Shown piece by piece: positions 1 to 13,254 of a stretch of DNA of 64,000 nt. The translations under genes were made by a program, and so were the position numbers. Positions within the stretch are counted from its first letter, which is position 1, and each line of letters begins with the position of its first letter. The notes beneath the pieces are model-generated. The model saw only the letters and a program-made list of their open reading frames with translations, was not told the DNA's origin and did not search any database. The stretch comes from Octopus sinensis (Eukaryota), in the NCBI RefSeq assembly GCF_006345805.1, contig NC_043011.1, positions 40,498,464-40,562,463 on the forward strand. The letters run 5' to 3'.

Positions 1-1
1 T

Positions 2-121
2 GTCATCATTAGACTGTACAAAAACAAAGAGGGAAAGTCAGACTGCTCAAACTACCGGGGGATCACCCTGCCTTCCAGTGCAGGAAAAGTTCTTGCAAGA
101 TTACTCCGCAACAGACTTGCT
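2..121 (+). pseudogene. RTE-clade LINE reverse transcriptase fragment (cut by window edge)
   Basis: Frame 2 reads VIIRLYKNKEGKSDCSNYRGITLPSSAGKVLARLLRNRL, matching the YK.KG.K..C.NYRGI.LLS..GK.LAR.L.NRL motif at the start of RTE/BovB-type RT. Confidence 0.85.
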
Positions 122-350
122 CAGTCGACATACATACATACATACATTTAGTTAATAAACTAATTCTTGATTTCATGTAGTCTTTTTTTTTGCCATTGTT
201 AATGTTTTGTCTAACTCCTGGTTACATACAACAGATCGAATAGATATGTACACAAATTCATTGCACATACATACATGCATATATATATATATGTTTTCAT
301 TGTTTGATTTGCCTAATAGTGGTTTTATCTCTAATTTAATATAATATAAT

Positions 351-400
<50 letters not shown>

Positions 401-468
401 CATATATACATACATGCGCATATATATATATATACATACATATATACATACATGCGCATATATATATA

Positions 469-997
469 TTATATAAAATTAATGTACATTTATACACAAA
501 AGAGGACACTTTACATGATAAATGGAACAGTCAAATCCCAAACCACGGTTAAGAGTAATTTCGAAGGGGATGAAAATAAAATCATTTTAGATAGTTACCA
601 TTTCTACCTAGGTTTCGAACATTAATGAACAAATAAAATAATTTGTTATCCGTGTTCTTCATCAGCAAGAGCGCTAATAATCAACGTTTAATTATGTGAC
701 AAATAAAGAGCACATGTCTCATCTTTATACGTTATAATTTTTCAAATCTACAGCGCAAGCGTAGTTATCGCCGGCAGCAAATAAAAATTTATGTGCCGAC
801 TTTCTTCAAAAGTACTAAAATATATACAGGGTAGAGAAAATTTCTACCAGTGGTTAGCATGCATAAAATAGTCGATAGACAACATATTTCATATAAAATT
901 AGTGTACATTTATACACAAAAGAGGTGATCCTAACAGGACACCTTACATGCTAGAAGGAACAAACAAAGCCCAAACCACGGTTAAGAATAATTTCGA
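469..997 (-). mobile_element. Small non-coding PLE/retrozyme-like element with ~95-105 bp terminal direct repeats
   Basis: 469-565 is repeated at 891-997 (tataaaatt.tgtacatttatacacaaaagagg...cccaaaccacggttaaga.taatttcgaa); internal hammerhead at 601-670; begins directly after a (TA)n tract. Confidence 0.6.
601..670 (-). ncRNA. Minimal type-I hammerhead ribozyme motif (stem I decayed)
   Basis: Minus strand: CUGAUGA-A-[GAACA..AACAAAU/AUUUGUU..UGUUC]-GAAA-CCUAGG-UA; palindromic stem III ACCUAGGU, GUA cleavage triplet. Confidence 0.7.
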
Positions 998-1243
998 ACA
1001 CACATACAAAATTATATTAAATTAATTAACTCAAAACTCTGCATAAAGCATTACCGGTAATGTTTAAGAAAAGACGAAAGAAAGTAGAATATTAATGCTG
1101 TTTTTTTCTTTGTCCTTTATATTTTTTAAAACTTTTTATTAATGGTCGGAAGAGCCTTAACAAGGAATCATGTCCTTAACGCGGGTAATCCTTTGTTGAT
1201 TCTAATACTCTCTCATTCTTTCACGGTGATAAACTTTATATTG

Positions 1244-1303
<60 letters not shown>

Positions 1304-1336
1304 TTATTTATTTATATATTTATATATATATATATT

Positions 1337-1371
<35 letters not shown>

Positions 1372-2300
1372 TTATGTATATATATAAATACTATATGTAT
1401 GTATTTGTGTGTGTGTGCATATATATGTATGTATATATAAATATTACTAAAATATATATTAGTTTCATATATATGCTTATACACGTATACGTGTACACAC
1501 ATATATGCTCATATAAATACATACACGTATACATGCACACACACACACACACACACACATACACACATACACACATATATATTACTATGAATGTCCGAAT
1601 AGTCTCCAGAAGACCATAAACGTGATTCCTTCGAACCTGTTTGTAATAGCATATCATTTCAGGGAACATGATCCAAACGGAACTAAGAAAACATTGGATT
1701 ATTTGTTCTGCTCAGTCACCGATAAGTTTTATGCGATATCTGGTTGAGATAATAAAGGATTAAACTTTGATAGTTTATTGATTCCATGCAATGTTATTTT
1801 TCCACGCTTGACTGATTGGTTTTTACTATATGGATTAACATGGGAGAGATTTGAGAGGGCAGTGTATATCTAGTATTTTATTTTTGAACGATCTTGTGTG
1901 TTAATTAATCTGCTGTTATGGTTTTCTATAAAACCTGTAATCATTATTATTTGTTTAATTTCCAATAGAGACCTCTTAAATTTGAAAACTATATCCTACA
2001 TGTGAGAAAATATTTGAGAAAAAGAGAGAGAGAGAGAGAGAAGGGTGGGGTAGAGAATGAGAGAAAATAAGAGAAAGGAAAAGAGAGGAATGAATAAAAG
2101 AGCGAACTGGAAACTGTCATTATCGAAAGCTAGAAGGATTTTGTCATTGCTCTTTAAAAGCAGACCAGCCCCGTCATTTGAAAGGTCATCCAGCCATAAC
2201 TATTCCGTAGCATACATACATACATACATACATACATACATACAGACATACATACATACATACATACATACATCAGTGCAAAGCAATGAGAAGGATTATA

Positions 2301-3551
2301 TTGGGTTGTCCGGAAAGTTCGTACCGATTTTTAAAGGAAAGAAAAATGTCAATAAATACTTGCCATTGCATTTTTAATCAACCAAATATGAACCATTTTG
2401 TTGTACAATGGGTCTCCTTCTTTCCTTTAACTTGAAAATACCCTCTTCCCAGAATTGAGGTGGTTTCATGGCAAAGAATTCATCAAGGTATCTTTTTACG
2501 TCACCCAAGGAATAGAAATTTTTACCATTAAGACTATTCTGCAGGCCTGAATAAGTGGAAATCCGAAGGATCAATATCTGGTGTATATGGAGGGTGGGGT
2601 AACACATCCCAGCCAAGCTGCAGCAATTTTTGTCTGGTTCTCAAAGAAACGTGCGGTCTTGCATTATCATGTTGGAAAACAACACCCTTCCTGTTGGCCA
2701 ATTCTAGACGCTGCTTTTAACTCGTCCAGTTGTGTGCAGTATTTCTCAGAATTAATCGTCTGGTTACTTGGGAGAAGCTCATAGTACAGAATTCCTTTCC
2801 AATCCAACCAGACACAAAGCAAGACTTTTTTAGGGTGAAGAACCGCTTTTGGGGTGAATAAGGGTGGCTCATGTCGCTTACTCCAGGATCGCTTTCTCTG
2901 CATTTCGGTAGATAATCCATTTCTCATCACCTGTCACAATTTGCTTTAAAAAAGGCGTGTTTTCATTCCGTTTATAAAGTGAATCACAGATGGAAATGCG
3001 ATCCAAAAGGTTCTTTTCACTGAACTCATGGGATACCCAAACATCGTAGCGATTTGTGCACCTAAGCTTTACAAGGTGCTCATGAACGACGGATTTTGAT
3101 AGGTTGAGGTTTTCTGCCAATTCCCGGGTTGTGCAATGTGGTTTATTCTTAATTAATGACTTGATTTGGTCATCATCTGTAGTGGATGGTCTGCCTGATC
3201 GCTCTTTATCAATAAGGCTACAATCTCCAGCTCGGAATCTTGCGAACCACTTCTGTACAGTTCTTTCGGATAAAGAAACATCACCGTAAACTGCGCATAT
3301 TTCTGCGCATATTTCTTTACGGAAAAGGAAAAGAATCAAGTGCCGAAAATGAACTTCCTTATCTTCCATTTTAAAGGGTTACGGAATTAACATAGGTTAT
3401 AGGAACATAAACCTTCTTCCACGAAAAGATAGCTTAAACTGTACTCTAAATGTAGGTATAGTCAAATCCTATTTTATGAACTCAGCCATGTTCTAAAATA
3501 AGTCGAAAGGTAAGCTACTATAAATCGGCACGAATTTTCTGGACAACCCAA
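2301..3551 (-). mobile_element. Full-length decayed mariner (DD34D-type) transposon
   Basis: 30-bp TIRs ttgggttgtccggaaagttcgtaccgattt (2301-2330) and its complement at 3522-3551 with 3 mismatches; TA duplication on both sides; 1251 bp. Confidence 0.95.
2374..3369 (-). pseudogene. mariner transposase, frameshifted
   Basis: Split across ORFs 2878-3369, 2667-2930 and 2374-2616; motifs RSGRP, WVSHEF (WVPHEL), TGDEKW, HPKKVLLCVW, EGIFKL. Confidence 0.95.
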
Positions 3552-3558
3552 TACAAAC

Positions 3559-4117
3559 TTTAAGTTAGTTAAAATATGTTTGTGACATATTTTAACTTCT
3601 AAAGGTAAACTGAGTGCAGTACCGTGGAAGAAAAAAATGTCTTGCTTATAGTGAAAGTTATAAAAAACACATCTTCCACCTACAAGGGGAGACATTGAGC
3701 AGATATGGAGTTTTCCCACCTTTTACATTAGCCTCCTACTGAGGAAGGCTAAGGAGCCGAAGTCCGCTAAGAGACGAACATATTTCAACTGGCCTAGCGT
3801 TCCTTCATTCGTTATCACTGCTTAGTACTGCTTCTACGGGGTTTATTCTGGCCAGGCGGTCCACAAGCGCAGTCAGTCACTGATATTGAATGATTTAAGA
3901 TAAAGCTACAACTTTAGAATCTGCCCAGGCTTGTCTCTCTCCAATATCTTCTACTGAGGAAGTCAAAAGAACCATAAAGACATCAGGAAGCCCTGTAGGG
4001 GGAGGCACTGAGTAGATATGGTGTTTTACCATAAGAAAGAGTTCCTTCTGCGCGATAACCGCAGTGAGTTTGCTTTTAAGTTAAAATATGTGACAAACAT
4101 ATTTTAACTAACCTAAA
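3559..4117. mobile_element. Foldback element with ~130 bp imperfect inverted arms
   Basis: Left arm gttagttaaaatatgtttgtgacatattttaact...cctacaaggg mirrors right arm ccctgtagg...agttaaaatatgtgacaaacatattttaactaac. Confidence 0.7.
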
Positions 4118-4122
4118 CATCT

Positions 4123-4153
<31 letters not shown>

Positions 4154-4529
4154 GCATATATATGCATATATATATATATATGCATATATATATATATATG
4201 CACATGCATATATATGCATCTTTCACAATAACTATTCTTGGTTGCAATTTTTTGAACGCAGAGCATGTGCACGTAAACAAGCAGAATCAGGGTTGCGAGA
4301 GTTTGAAAACTTTTAAATGGCTTCTAGACAAGATTTAGGTTTTCATCGGTTACTTTAAATGTCATGGGTAGTTTAACCAGTAATTCACGACAAATATTCT
4401 TTCATTATTACATGTTTCCCGCGGTAGAGCAAATATGATGTTGACGCTAATGAGTTGTTTGTTGTGTAACGTGCAACATTCAGCGTCATCACTCACCTCA
4501 TGGACAGATAATCGTTTGTGTCTCTCTTG

Positions 4530-5341
<812 letters not shown>

Positions 5342-5845
5342 TTTGAAAGCACAGAGTGGTATAAATTGTAGAAGGCATTTATCATTAGATTTTAAAATAA
5401 TAGAGTTTATGCGATAATGAAACTGGACACAAATAGCTTTGCATTAAGGTGAATAACTGAGCGAAATTTCAACAAATTGTTTTGAAATGAAAGCGAGAAA
5501 CTGAATAAAATGTAATACATTATATATGACAGATGAAATTTCATCTTAAAATTGTGGAACGATAATTGTGAAATGACTTTTCCAAGAAATTTGCTGAAAA
5601 AATCCTTTAAAACCTGTTACAACTATATGAAGAAATAATTTGAATTGATGGCAGATATGTAATGGTGGATATCAAAATGACTGAGTGGGAAGTTGGTGCA
5701 AATGTGATGATTAGAAGGTGTAGGAGAGGCATTGAGACACTGCGCATTTATATGACAAACCGGAAAGAGCGAAAAATCATTCTGCATTATTGTGGATCTA
5801 TCTATCTATTTATCTACCTACCTACCTACTTACGTACATACGTAC

Positions 5846-5932
<87 letters not shown>

Positions 5933-6180
5933 ATATATATATATATATATGTATGTGTGTCTGTGTGTCTGTGTGTATGTGTGTGAGTGTGTGTATATAT
6001 ACTTGGGGATGCTGAAAAGTTCCTGCCATTGGGAAAAAGAAAATACAGGAGTATTATGATTTTATTCAACTTATTCTCCTCTCGGATTCACACACTTATT
6101 GCAGGCGGTCCTTCTGCTTTTCTAAACCCTATAAAAGACCTCAGAATGTTGGGCCTCCAACTAGTCTTTTGCGATCGCCT

Positions 6181-6217
<37 letters not shown>

Positions 6218-6218
<1 letters not shown>

Positions 6219-6449
6219 TTTCTTTACTGCCCACAAAGGGCTAAACATAGAGGGGACAAACAAGGACAGACAAAGGGATTAAGTCGATTACACCGACCCC
6301 AGTGCGTAACTGGTACTTTATTTATCGACCCCGAAAGGATGAAAGGCAAAGTCGACCTCGGCGGAATTTGAACTCAGAACGTAACGGTGGACGAAATACG
6401 GCTACGCATTTCGCCCGGCGTGCTAACGTTTCTGCCAGCTCACCGCCTT
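6218..6449 (-). mobile_element. tRNA-derived SINE family A (Nin/Deu-core-like)
   Basis: Minus strand: head aaggcggtgagctggcagaaacgttag (A box), gagttcaaattcc (B box), core gcctttcatcctttcggggtcgataaa..agtaccag; many copies in the window. Confidence 0.9.
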
Positions 6450-7009
6450 CAAAAATATATGTGTGTGTGTGTGTGTGTGTATTGGATAGATCGGATATAT
6501 ATATGTAGCAGAAGGGATTTATACTGTCATTATGTGTGAGATGTTTTCGTTGTGAGTCTTTTTACTGGGATATCGGCTCCACAGGCCTTTTCGTTCCAGC
6601 GTGTTACATGACCTTGTGATTTGACGAACTTGTTCGTATTGGTCGGTTTCCAGCAGTCTCATCTTGTTGGCGCAACAGTTCGTTTTTCCTTATGCGAGAA
6701 ATAAATCGCCAGGTCTGGGAGCCTCCTAATCTCTATAAAAACCGAGATTCTCGGCTGCACTAGGTCTTTGGGTCATAAAGCTAAACCCTGTTATAAAGGG
6801 TTTAGCTTTATGACGATACGCCATAATGCAAAACCTTCCCCAATTTTTAATATTTATGTGAATATAGATAAATGTATGCTTAAAAAAAAATATATATATA
6901 TATATAAATACACACACATAGATATATATATAAATATATATACATGTACATATATATATATACATACATATAATTATATATATAAATGTATATATATATA
7001 TACATACAT

Positions 7010-7186
7010 GATAGATTGCTAGCCACTACACATTATGTTCTCTCCTTGTTTCTTTTAGTGTTCCTTTCTGTGGAAGAGCGTAGGCTCGAAACGTTTTTAC
7101 TTCCCGGGCGTTAAACTAATACGTCTGTTTGTTATCTACACCACCTGTCTTCATTTTTTGTTTGTTTTTTTTTGCGATTTCTCCAC

Positions 7187-7190
<4 letters not shown>
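7010..7190 (+). mobile_element. ~200 bp (TA)n-embedded element carrying a variant hammerhead (copy 1)
   Basis: cttt-CTGTGGA-A-GAGC-gtag-GCTC-GAAACGT at 7064-7095; homologous to copies at 9250, 58261 and 61108. Confidence 0.75.
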
Positions 7191-7231
<41 letters not shown>

Positions 7232-7239
7232 ATATATAG

Positions 7240-7496
7240 TGGAGGCGCAATGGCCCAGTGGTTAGGGCAGGGGGTGGTGGTGATCCCTGCTGTACTCTTT
7301 CACAACAACTTTCTCTCACTCTTACTTCCTGTTTCTGTTGTCACTCTCTGTGTCACGCTGAATATCCCCGAGAACTACGTTAAGGGTATACGTGTCTGTG
7401 GAGTGCTCAGCCACTTACACGTTAATTTCACGAGCAGGCTGTTCCGTTGATTCGGATCAACCGGAACCCTCGTCGTCGTAACCGACGGAGTGCTTC

Positions 7497-7497
<1 letters not shown>
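7240..7497 (+). mobile_element. tRNA-derived SINE family C, internally deleted
   Basis: Head ggaggcgcaatggcccagtggttagggcag shared with 35218; 3' part shared with 41440-41585 (minus). Confidence 0.75.
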
Positions 7498-7526
<29 letters not shown>

Positions 7527-7527
<1 letters not shown>

Positions 7528-8562
7528 CGCTCCTTCCAAGTCCAAGTTAATGGTTCGCGGTCCGACGTCTCCAGTGCGAGCAGTGGCGTGCCTCAAGGTT
7601 CAGTGCTTGGGCCCTTGTTGTTCTTAGTCTTCATAAATGACTTGCCCGACGACCTCACGCAACACACCCTTCTATTTGCCGACGATATCAAACTGGTCGC
7701 TCCTCGCGGTAATATAGAGGATCTTCGTCGATGCCTCCACCAAATTTGGAAGTAGTCTAAGAATTGGGACCTGTGTCTGAACGTGTCAAAGTGCTGTCAT
7801 CTGCCTGTCGGCTCTACTCCTGCAACTCAACTTGATTTCGAGCCGGGTCGTCTGCTGCTGGAGAGGACCGATCAGGTAAAGGACCTAGGTATCTTGGTGG
7901 ATTCCTCCTTTTCGCCTTCGGCCCAGTGCGTCCATGCTGCCAACAAAGCACGCGGAATTCTGTTCTTGATTCGACGGTCATTCGGAATGCTCACAGCAGC
8001 CATATTCCTACCACTCTATGTCACGCTGGTGAGACCCATATTGGAGTATGGGATTCAAGCCTCTTCTCCTTATCTCCTCAAAGACATACAGCATCTCGAA
8101 AGAGTCCAGAAGCTGGCTACCCGCATGGTTCATGGTCTCAAAAATTTGTCCTACGAAGAAAGGCTGAGGACGCTCGACCTTTATTCTCTTGAAAAACGCC
8201 GCCGCCGTGGTGATCTCATTCTCGCCCACAACATCATAAGCGGAAAGTGTAACCTCTCGAAAGAGCTGTTCTTCACTCCTGCTCCAGAGCGTCGGCTGCG
8301 GGGTCATTCCGAAAAGCTCTACCTGCGACGATTTCATCTCAATCGAAGGAGAGGAGCTTTCTCCGTCCGGGTTGCGGATCCGTGGAACAAGCTGCCAGAC
8401 GAGATGGTGAAGATGCCGACGACCGCTTTGTTCAAAGCCTCCCTTGACCTCAAGTGGCCTGAACTCTTTACATGAACACCACCCTGTACTTAACTCCATG
8501 TCCCCCTACATGGCCTTGCTATTTGCTTTTGAGCCAAATTAACTAACTAACTAACTAACTAA
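7527..8562 (+). mobile_element. 5'-truncated CR1-clade LINE (RT C-terminal half, 3'UTR, (AACT)n tail)
   Basis: [81 protein letters not shown]; one in-frame TAG at 7753-7755; stop at 8475; (aact)n at ~8540-8562. Confidence 0.95.
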
Positions 8563-9249
8563 CATATATATATATATATATGATCCGATCCAAAATTTGA
8601 ATAGAAACATAAGTAAGGAACAAATGAAGAAATTTACACTCGAAAACTAATACGACACTGATAAAATATGTATACAATATACAAACATAATAAGGCTGTG
8701 CGACTCTAAGACAAGACGAGCACAATGGAAAAAGAAAATGTCTGGTAGGACTGGAAACGAGAAAGGTAACAATTGACGAGGAATGAGCAGCGTCATAAGT
8801 GTGAATCTCCAGCTTGTTCCTTTGTTGTTTCAGGTTAAATTTATGTAAGGCTTTGCGCCATTATATATATATATTGGTGCTTAGCGTTACATTTAGCATC
8901 GAATAGAGAATCACTCGATAACATTTGAAGAGTATGTATTTATAATAATTTTAGATATTTATTGTAACCGAACTCTCCTATAAAGCTAAGAAGAAAAAAA
9001 CTGTCACACTTCTTCTAAAAGTATACTATATATACGTGTGTGTGTGTGTGAGTGTGAGTGTGTTTTCTAAGTTAATATATTTTTGTGTAGCCTGAAATGT
9101 CAAGCAGCAAGGAACTGGATAGCGTTGGAGTGAATAATCAATTTCCAGTGAATGAATGAATAAATCATCAATACATCCACTTATTCATCCATTCATCCAT
9201 ATAAGTATATATATATATGTATGTATATATGTATGTATGTATACATATA

Positions 9250-9562
9250 TGGAAGTTGGACCGGCGAACTCAACAAGTCTATTTTCATTCTCTCTCTATT
9301 TGTTTTCTCATATTCCTTTCTGTTGAAGAGCGTAGACTCGAAGCGTAAAATACTTTTTCAAATTTTCCGTGCGGCAAACTAATACACTTACTTGTTGTTC
9401 ATAAACTTGTCTTCATCTTTCATTTTTCAACTATGTATATATATATATATATATATATATACGTTAAAAACTTTTTCACTTCCCGAGCGTTATACTAATA
9501 CAACTGTTTGTTGTCTACACCACCTGTCTTCGTCTTTTGATTTTTTGTGTGAATTCATCCTA
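9250..9562 (+). mobile_element. Variant-hammerhead element copy 2 plus a tandem 3' half-copy
   Basis: cttt-CTGTTGA-A-GAGcgtagaCTC-GAAgCGTA-aaa at 9316-9351; second partial copy at 9461-9562 after a (TA)n spacer. Confidence 0.7.
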
Positions 9563-10369
9563 AATATATATATATATGACTTTGATAGAAGAAGAATCAA
9601 AACCAGAACTTAATATATGAATATATATATATATACTGTTTGCTTTTAATTGGTAAAAAGTTTAAAAACTTCAAGAGCAGAAATTCTCTCACATTGCATG
9701 TGCCAGGTTCATATAAATGTGTGTGTGTGTGTGTGAGTCCGTGCGTGTCTTTCTATATATGTGAAAAATAGCTAAGCTATGCAATAGAGTATAGTCAACA
9801 GTCATTCGATAGAGTATATATCTTGGTAACATGCACCATGCTTCCGATAATGCTTTAGGTGCGTGGTGTAGTCGTGAGCAGACATAGACTCCTTTTTAGG
9901 CTTTCTCACCTTGATCCCAAAGGAATCTATGGGAAGAGGCATACAGAGGGAGAGTGAGAGGGCTGAAACAGCAACGGGCTGGTTCTTATTTTTAACTGTA
10001 GGAGACTGAGGCTTCGTGAAACGAAATGCTTTGTTCATCCCGTATTTAACAATGTATCAGGAATTGAACAGGCAAGTTCATGACTGTAAAGCGAACACAC
10101 ATGACCACTAAACTTCGTGATTGCCAAGCAATATGCATTTGTAGATGACAGTTTAAAGAAAATATAACTCTGAAAGAAAATGCTACGTATAAAGTGACAT
10201 TACTGCAAATCAAAGAGCATTAATCTAATTTTGAACAATTTATTTTGCTGTGAAAGAAAGATCCATCGCTTATTTTGACGGATAGAACTGACGTGATTGC
10301 ATCTGACAAATTGTTTTTAAGCCTACCACGACAGATATTTATCTCTACAGTAATATAAATCATGTCTGT

Positions 10370-10757
10370 GTTTTCTCTTTTTTTTATTTGTTTCAATAAT
10401 TGGAATGCAGCCATACTGGAGCACCGCCTCAAAGGGTATAGTCGAACAAATCTACCTCAGGACTTATTTCTTAAGCCTAGTATCTTTTTTGTCGAACTGC
10501 TAAGTTAGGGGGGCGTAAACACAACAAAACCAGTTGTCACGTGGTGATGGGGAGGGTGAAACACAGACACAAAGACATACACACACACAAACACGACGGA
10601 CTTCTTTCAGTTTCCGTCCACCAAATCCTCTCACAGTGCTATGGTTGGCCCGGGGCTATAGTAGAAGACACTTACCCAAGATGCCACGAAGTGGGACTGA
10701 ACCTGAAAACATATGATTGGAAGCAAGCTTCTTACCACACAGCCAACCTCCGCCTGT
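10370..10757 (-). mobile_element. tRNA-derived CORE-like SINE family B
   Basis: Reverse complement of the family consensus seen at 11298; a further 3' fragment lies at 10770-10920. Confidence 0.85.
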
Positions 10758-10954
10758 ATGTTTTCTGTATTAGTTGTTTCACTCATTGAACTGTGGCCAT
10801 GCTGGAACATCGCCTTGACGGTTTCAGTCGAACAAAACGACCTTAGTATTTATTCTATCGGCCGTTTTGTCAAACCGCTAAGTTACGAAGCTGTAAACAC
10901 TGGTTGTGAAGCGGTGGAAATGAGCAAACATACATACATACATACATACATACA

Positions 10955-10988
<34 letters not shown>

Positions 10989-11297
10989 CGTACCTTTAAT
11001 ATACACCTGTTGACTGGGAAGACTACTACGGATCCCCAGCTCCAGCCTCAGCTGTGAACTTAATGGATGACCAGTTACAGCACTTACGCAGCGTACCTAT
11101 TGGTTTAGTTATGGGGTGGGGGACATTTTAGTGCGGCGGGCAAAAATTCCCAAAGAAAAAGGTCTGCGGACGGATCACAAGTTTTAACTCATATATCTGT
11201 GTAAATCTTGTATATATCTATAAATCTTGTATGGAGACTATCAGAATGATATAGACGCCTCTAATGAGAACCCATTAAAGTTGTTTATAGTTTTTTA

Positions 11298-11461
11298 GGC
11301 ACAGAAGTGGCTGTGTGGTAAGTAGCTTGCTTACCAACCACATGGTTCCCGGTACAGTCCCACTGCGTGGCACCTTGGGCATGTGTCTTCTACTATGGCT
11401 TCGAGCCGACCAAAGCCTTGTGAGTGGATTTGGTAGACGGAAACTGAAAAGAAGCCCGTCG

Positions 11462-11496
<35 letters not shown>

Positions 11497-11712
11497 ATGT
11501 AAATGTTTGTGTGTATGTGTTTGTCCCCCCCCCCAACATCGCTTGACAACCGATGCTGGTGTGTTTACGTCCTCGTCACTAGCGGCAAGAGAGACCGATA
11601 AAATAAGTACTAGGCTTACAAATAATAAGTCCTGGGGTCGATTTGATCGATTAAAGGCGGTGCTCCAGCATGGCCGCAGTCAAATGATTGAAACAAATAA
11701 AAGAATAAAAGA
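11298..11712 (+). mobile_element. tRNA-derived CORE-like SINE family B with internal (TA)n(TG)n
   Basis: A box tggctgtgtggtaag, B-box-like ggtacagtccc, CORE-like ggcaccttgggc.tgtgtctt, internal microsatellite, tail aaaagaataaaagaa. Confidence 0.9.
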
Positions 11713-12186
11713 ATATATGTGTATAATACAATATACATTAATAAAAATAAGTTTAACACATTAAATTAACGCGTAACATCTTCCTTAAGGCAGCGACCGA
11801 ATTTAGGACATTCTATATTTTGCAGCTAGAGTGTAGTTGGGTCACAATTGGGTGGTACAAACCTAGCAATATGTGTTTTATAGTGAAAACAAAATTTCCA
11901 TTCAAATGGAAATTACCGGACGATTTTCTTTTCGAGTCTAAGCGTTTTAAGTCATGGTGGAAAGCCGGCCTATGTTGCATATAGGCATACGAATATAGCA
12001 TAAATTTTATAATTGAAAAATTTACTATATTTTGTACATACGAGTATACCAGCCAGTGGGCGCAATAAGATGGGATCGCGGGCGCAATTGCACCCACGGA
12101 CGGGGATTTATCCACCCTTGGATTTGATCATCACTGAACTAAATCCCTCATTCTCTCTCTCTCTCTGTATATATATATATTATATA

Positions 12187-12242
<56 letters not shown>

Positions 12243-12278
12243 GTACATGCATACACACATATATACATATATAAACCC

Positions 12279-12338
<60 letters not shown>

Positions 12339-13254
12339 TATATATATACACGGTAACCCCGGAGCTATAACAGAAGACACTTATCCAAGGTGCCGCGCAC
12401 AGTGAAACCGAACCTGAAACCATGAAGCTGTAAACGAACTTCTTAACCACACAGCCATGTCTGTACCCCATTAGTTATTCATATTATTTATTTATTTCTT
12501 GTCCATTTTTTCGCGTTTGAAGTTTGAAGAAGATTTTACTTCTATTTCTAACAACTCATCCTCATAGAGGCCTCTTTTTGGCTACGATGTACAGCATTGA
12601 AAGTTAAATTTGCTTTTACAGAATGTAAGGCATAGATCTTTTCGGAAATTGACTTCTTACAAGAGTTACTTCAGGGAAAACATCTGTATAGAAGGCATAG
12701 GTAAGTTAGGAAAGAATTTCAACAATTCACAGGAATAAATTACTTCGCAATGAAATGGAAATACTAAAGGTAGCACCAGATTATAATTTAGTGAGTCCAC
12801 CTGAAGTGAATTTGGATAAGTCAAAATATTAATTGACAATCGAAAGTTGGCCTCTTGCAAGAATCCATTCATATTCTCTGCTGAAAGGACTTTTGATTAC
12901 TTCACAAAATACGGTACACCTCCAGAAAATATACACACCTGTAGAATTATGCGTTTGAATTTATTGACTTTATTGCATCATTTTGGAAAAAAAAACTGTT
13001 GTAAATAATCATACATCATCTCTAATAGGCTCTTGAAGCTGAGCGAACTGGCAGGGGATATCTAGAGTTAGGCAAAGAACGAGATGTTTGGATAATATCC
13101 ATAGTCTCCCTTGGTTAAGCTTGGAATCCAACAGGTAAGTAATGACGGTTGCTTCTGAGAGGAATCTATGTAGGAGGTTGCTGAAGACTGGAATCTACCC
13201 CAACGATACTCCAAGGAATTGTGGGGGAGGAAAATGGACGGATAAAATATTGAT

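Noticed and set aside
1140-1210. Hammerhead-like layouts here and at 34830-34880 and 50270-50315
   Set aside because: Both halves of the core need several changes; too degenerate to call.
8008-8499. 163-aa minus-strand ORF
   Set aside because: Antisense shadow of the GC-rich CR1 RT coding sequence.
9802-10038. 78-aa ORF in complex sequence (also 12666-12872 and 43417-43704)
   Set aside because: No recognisable motif; lengths are within chance expectation.
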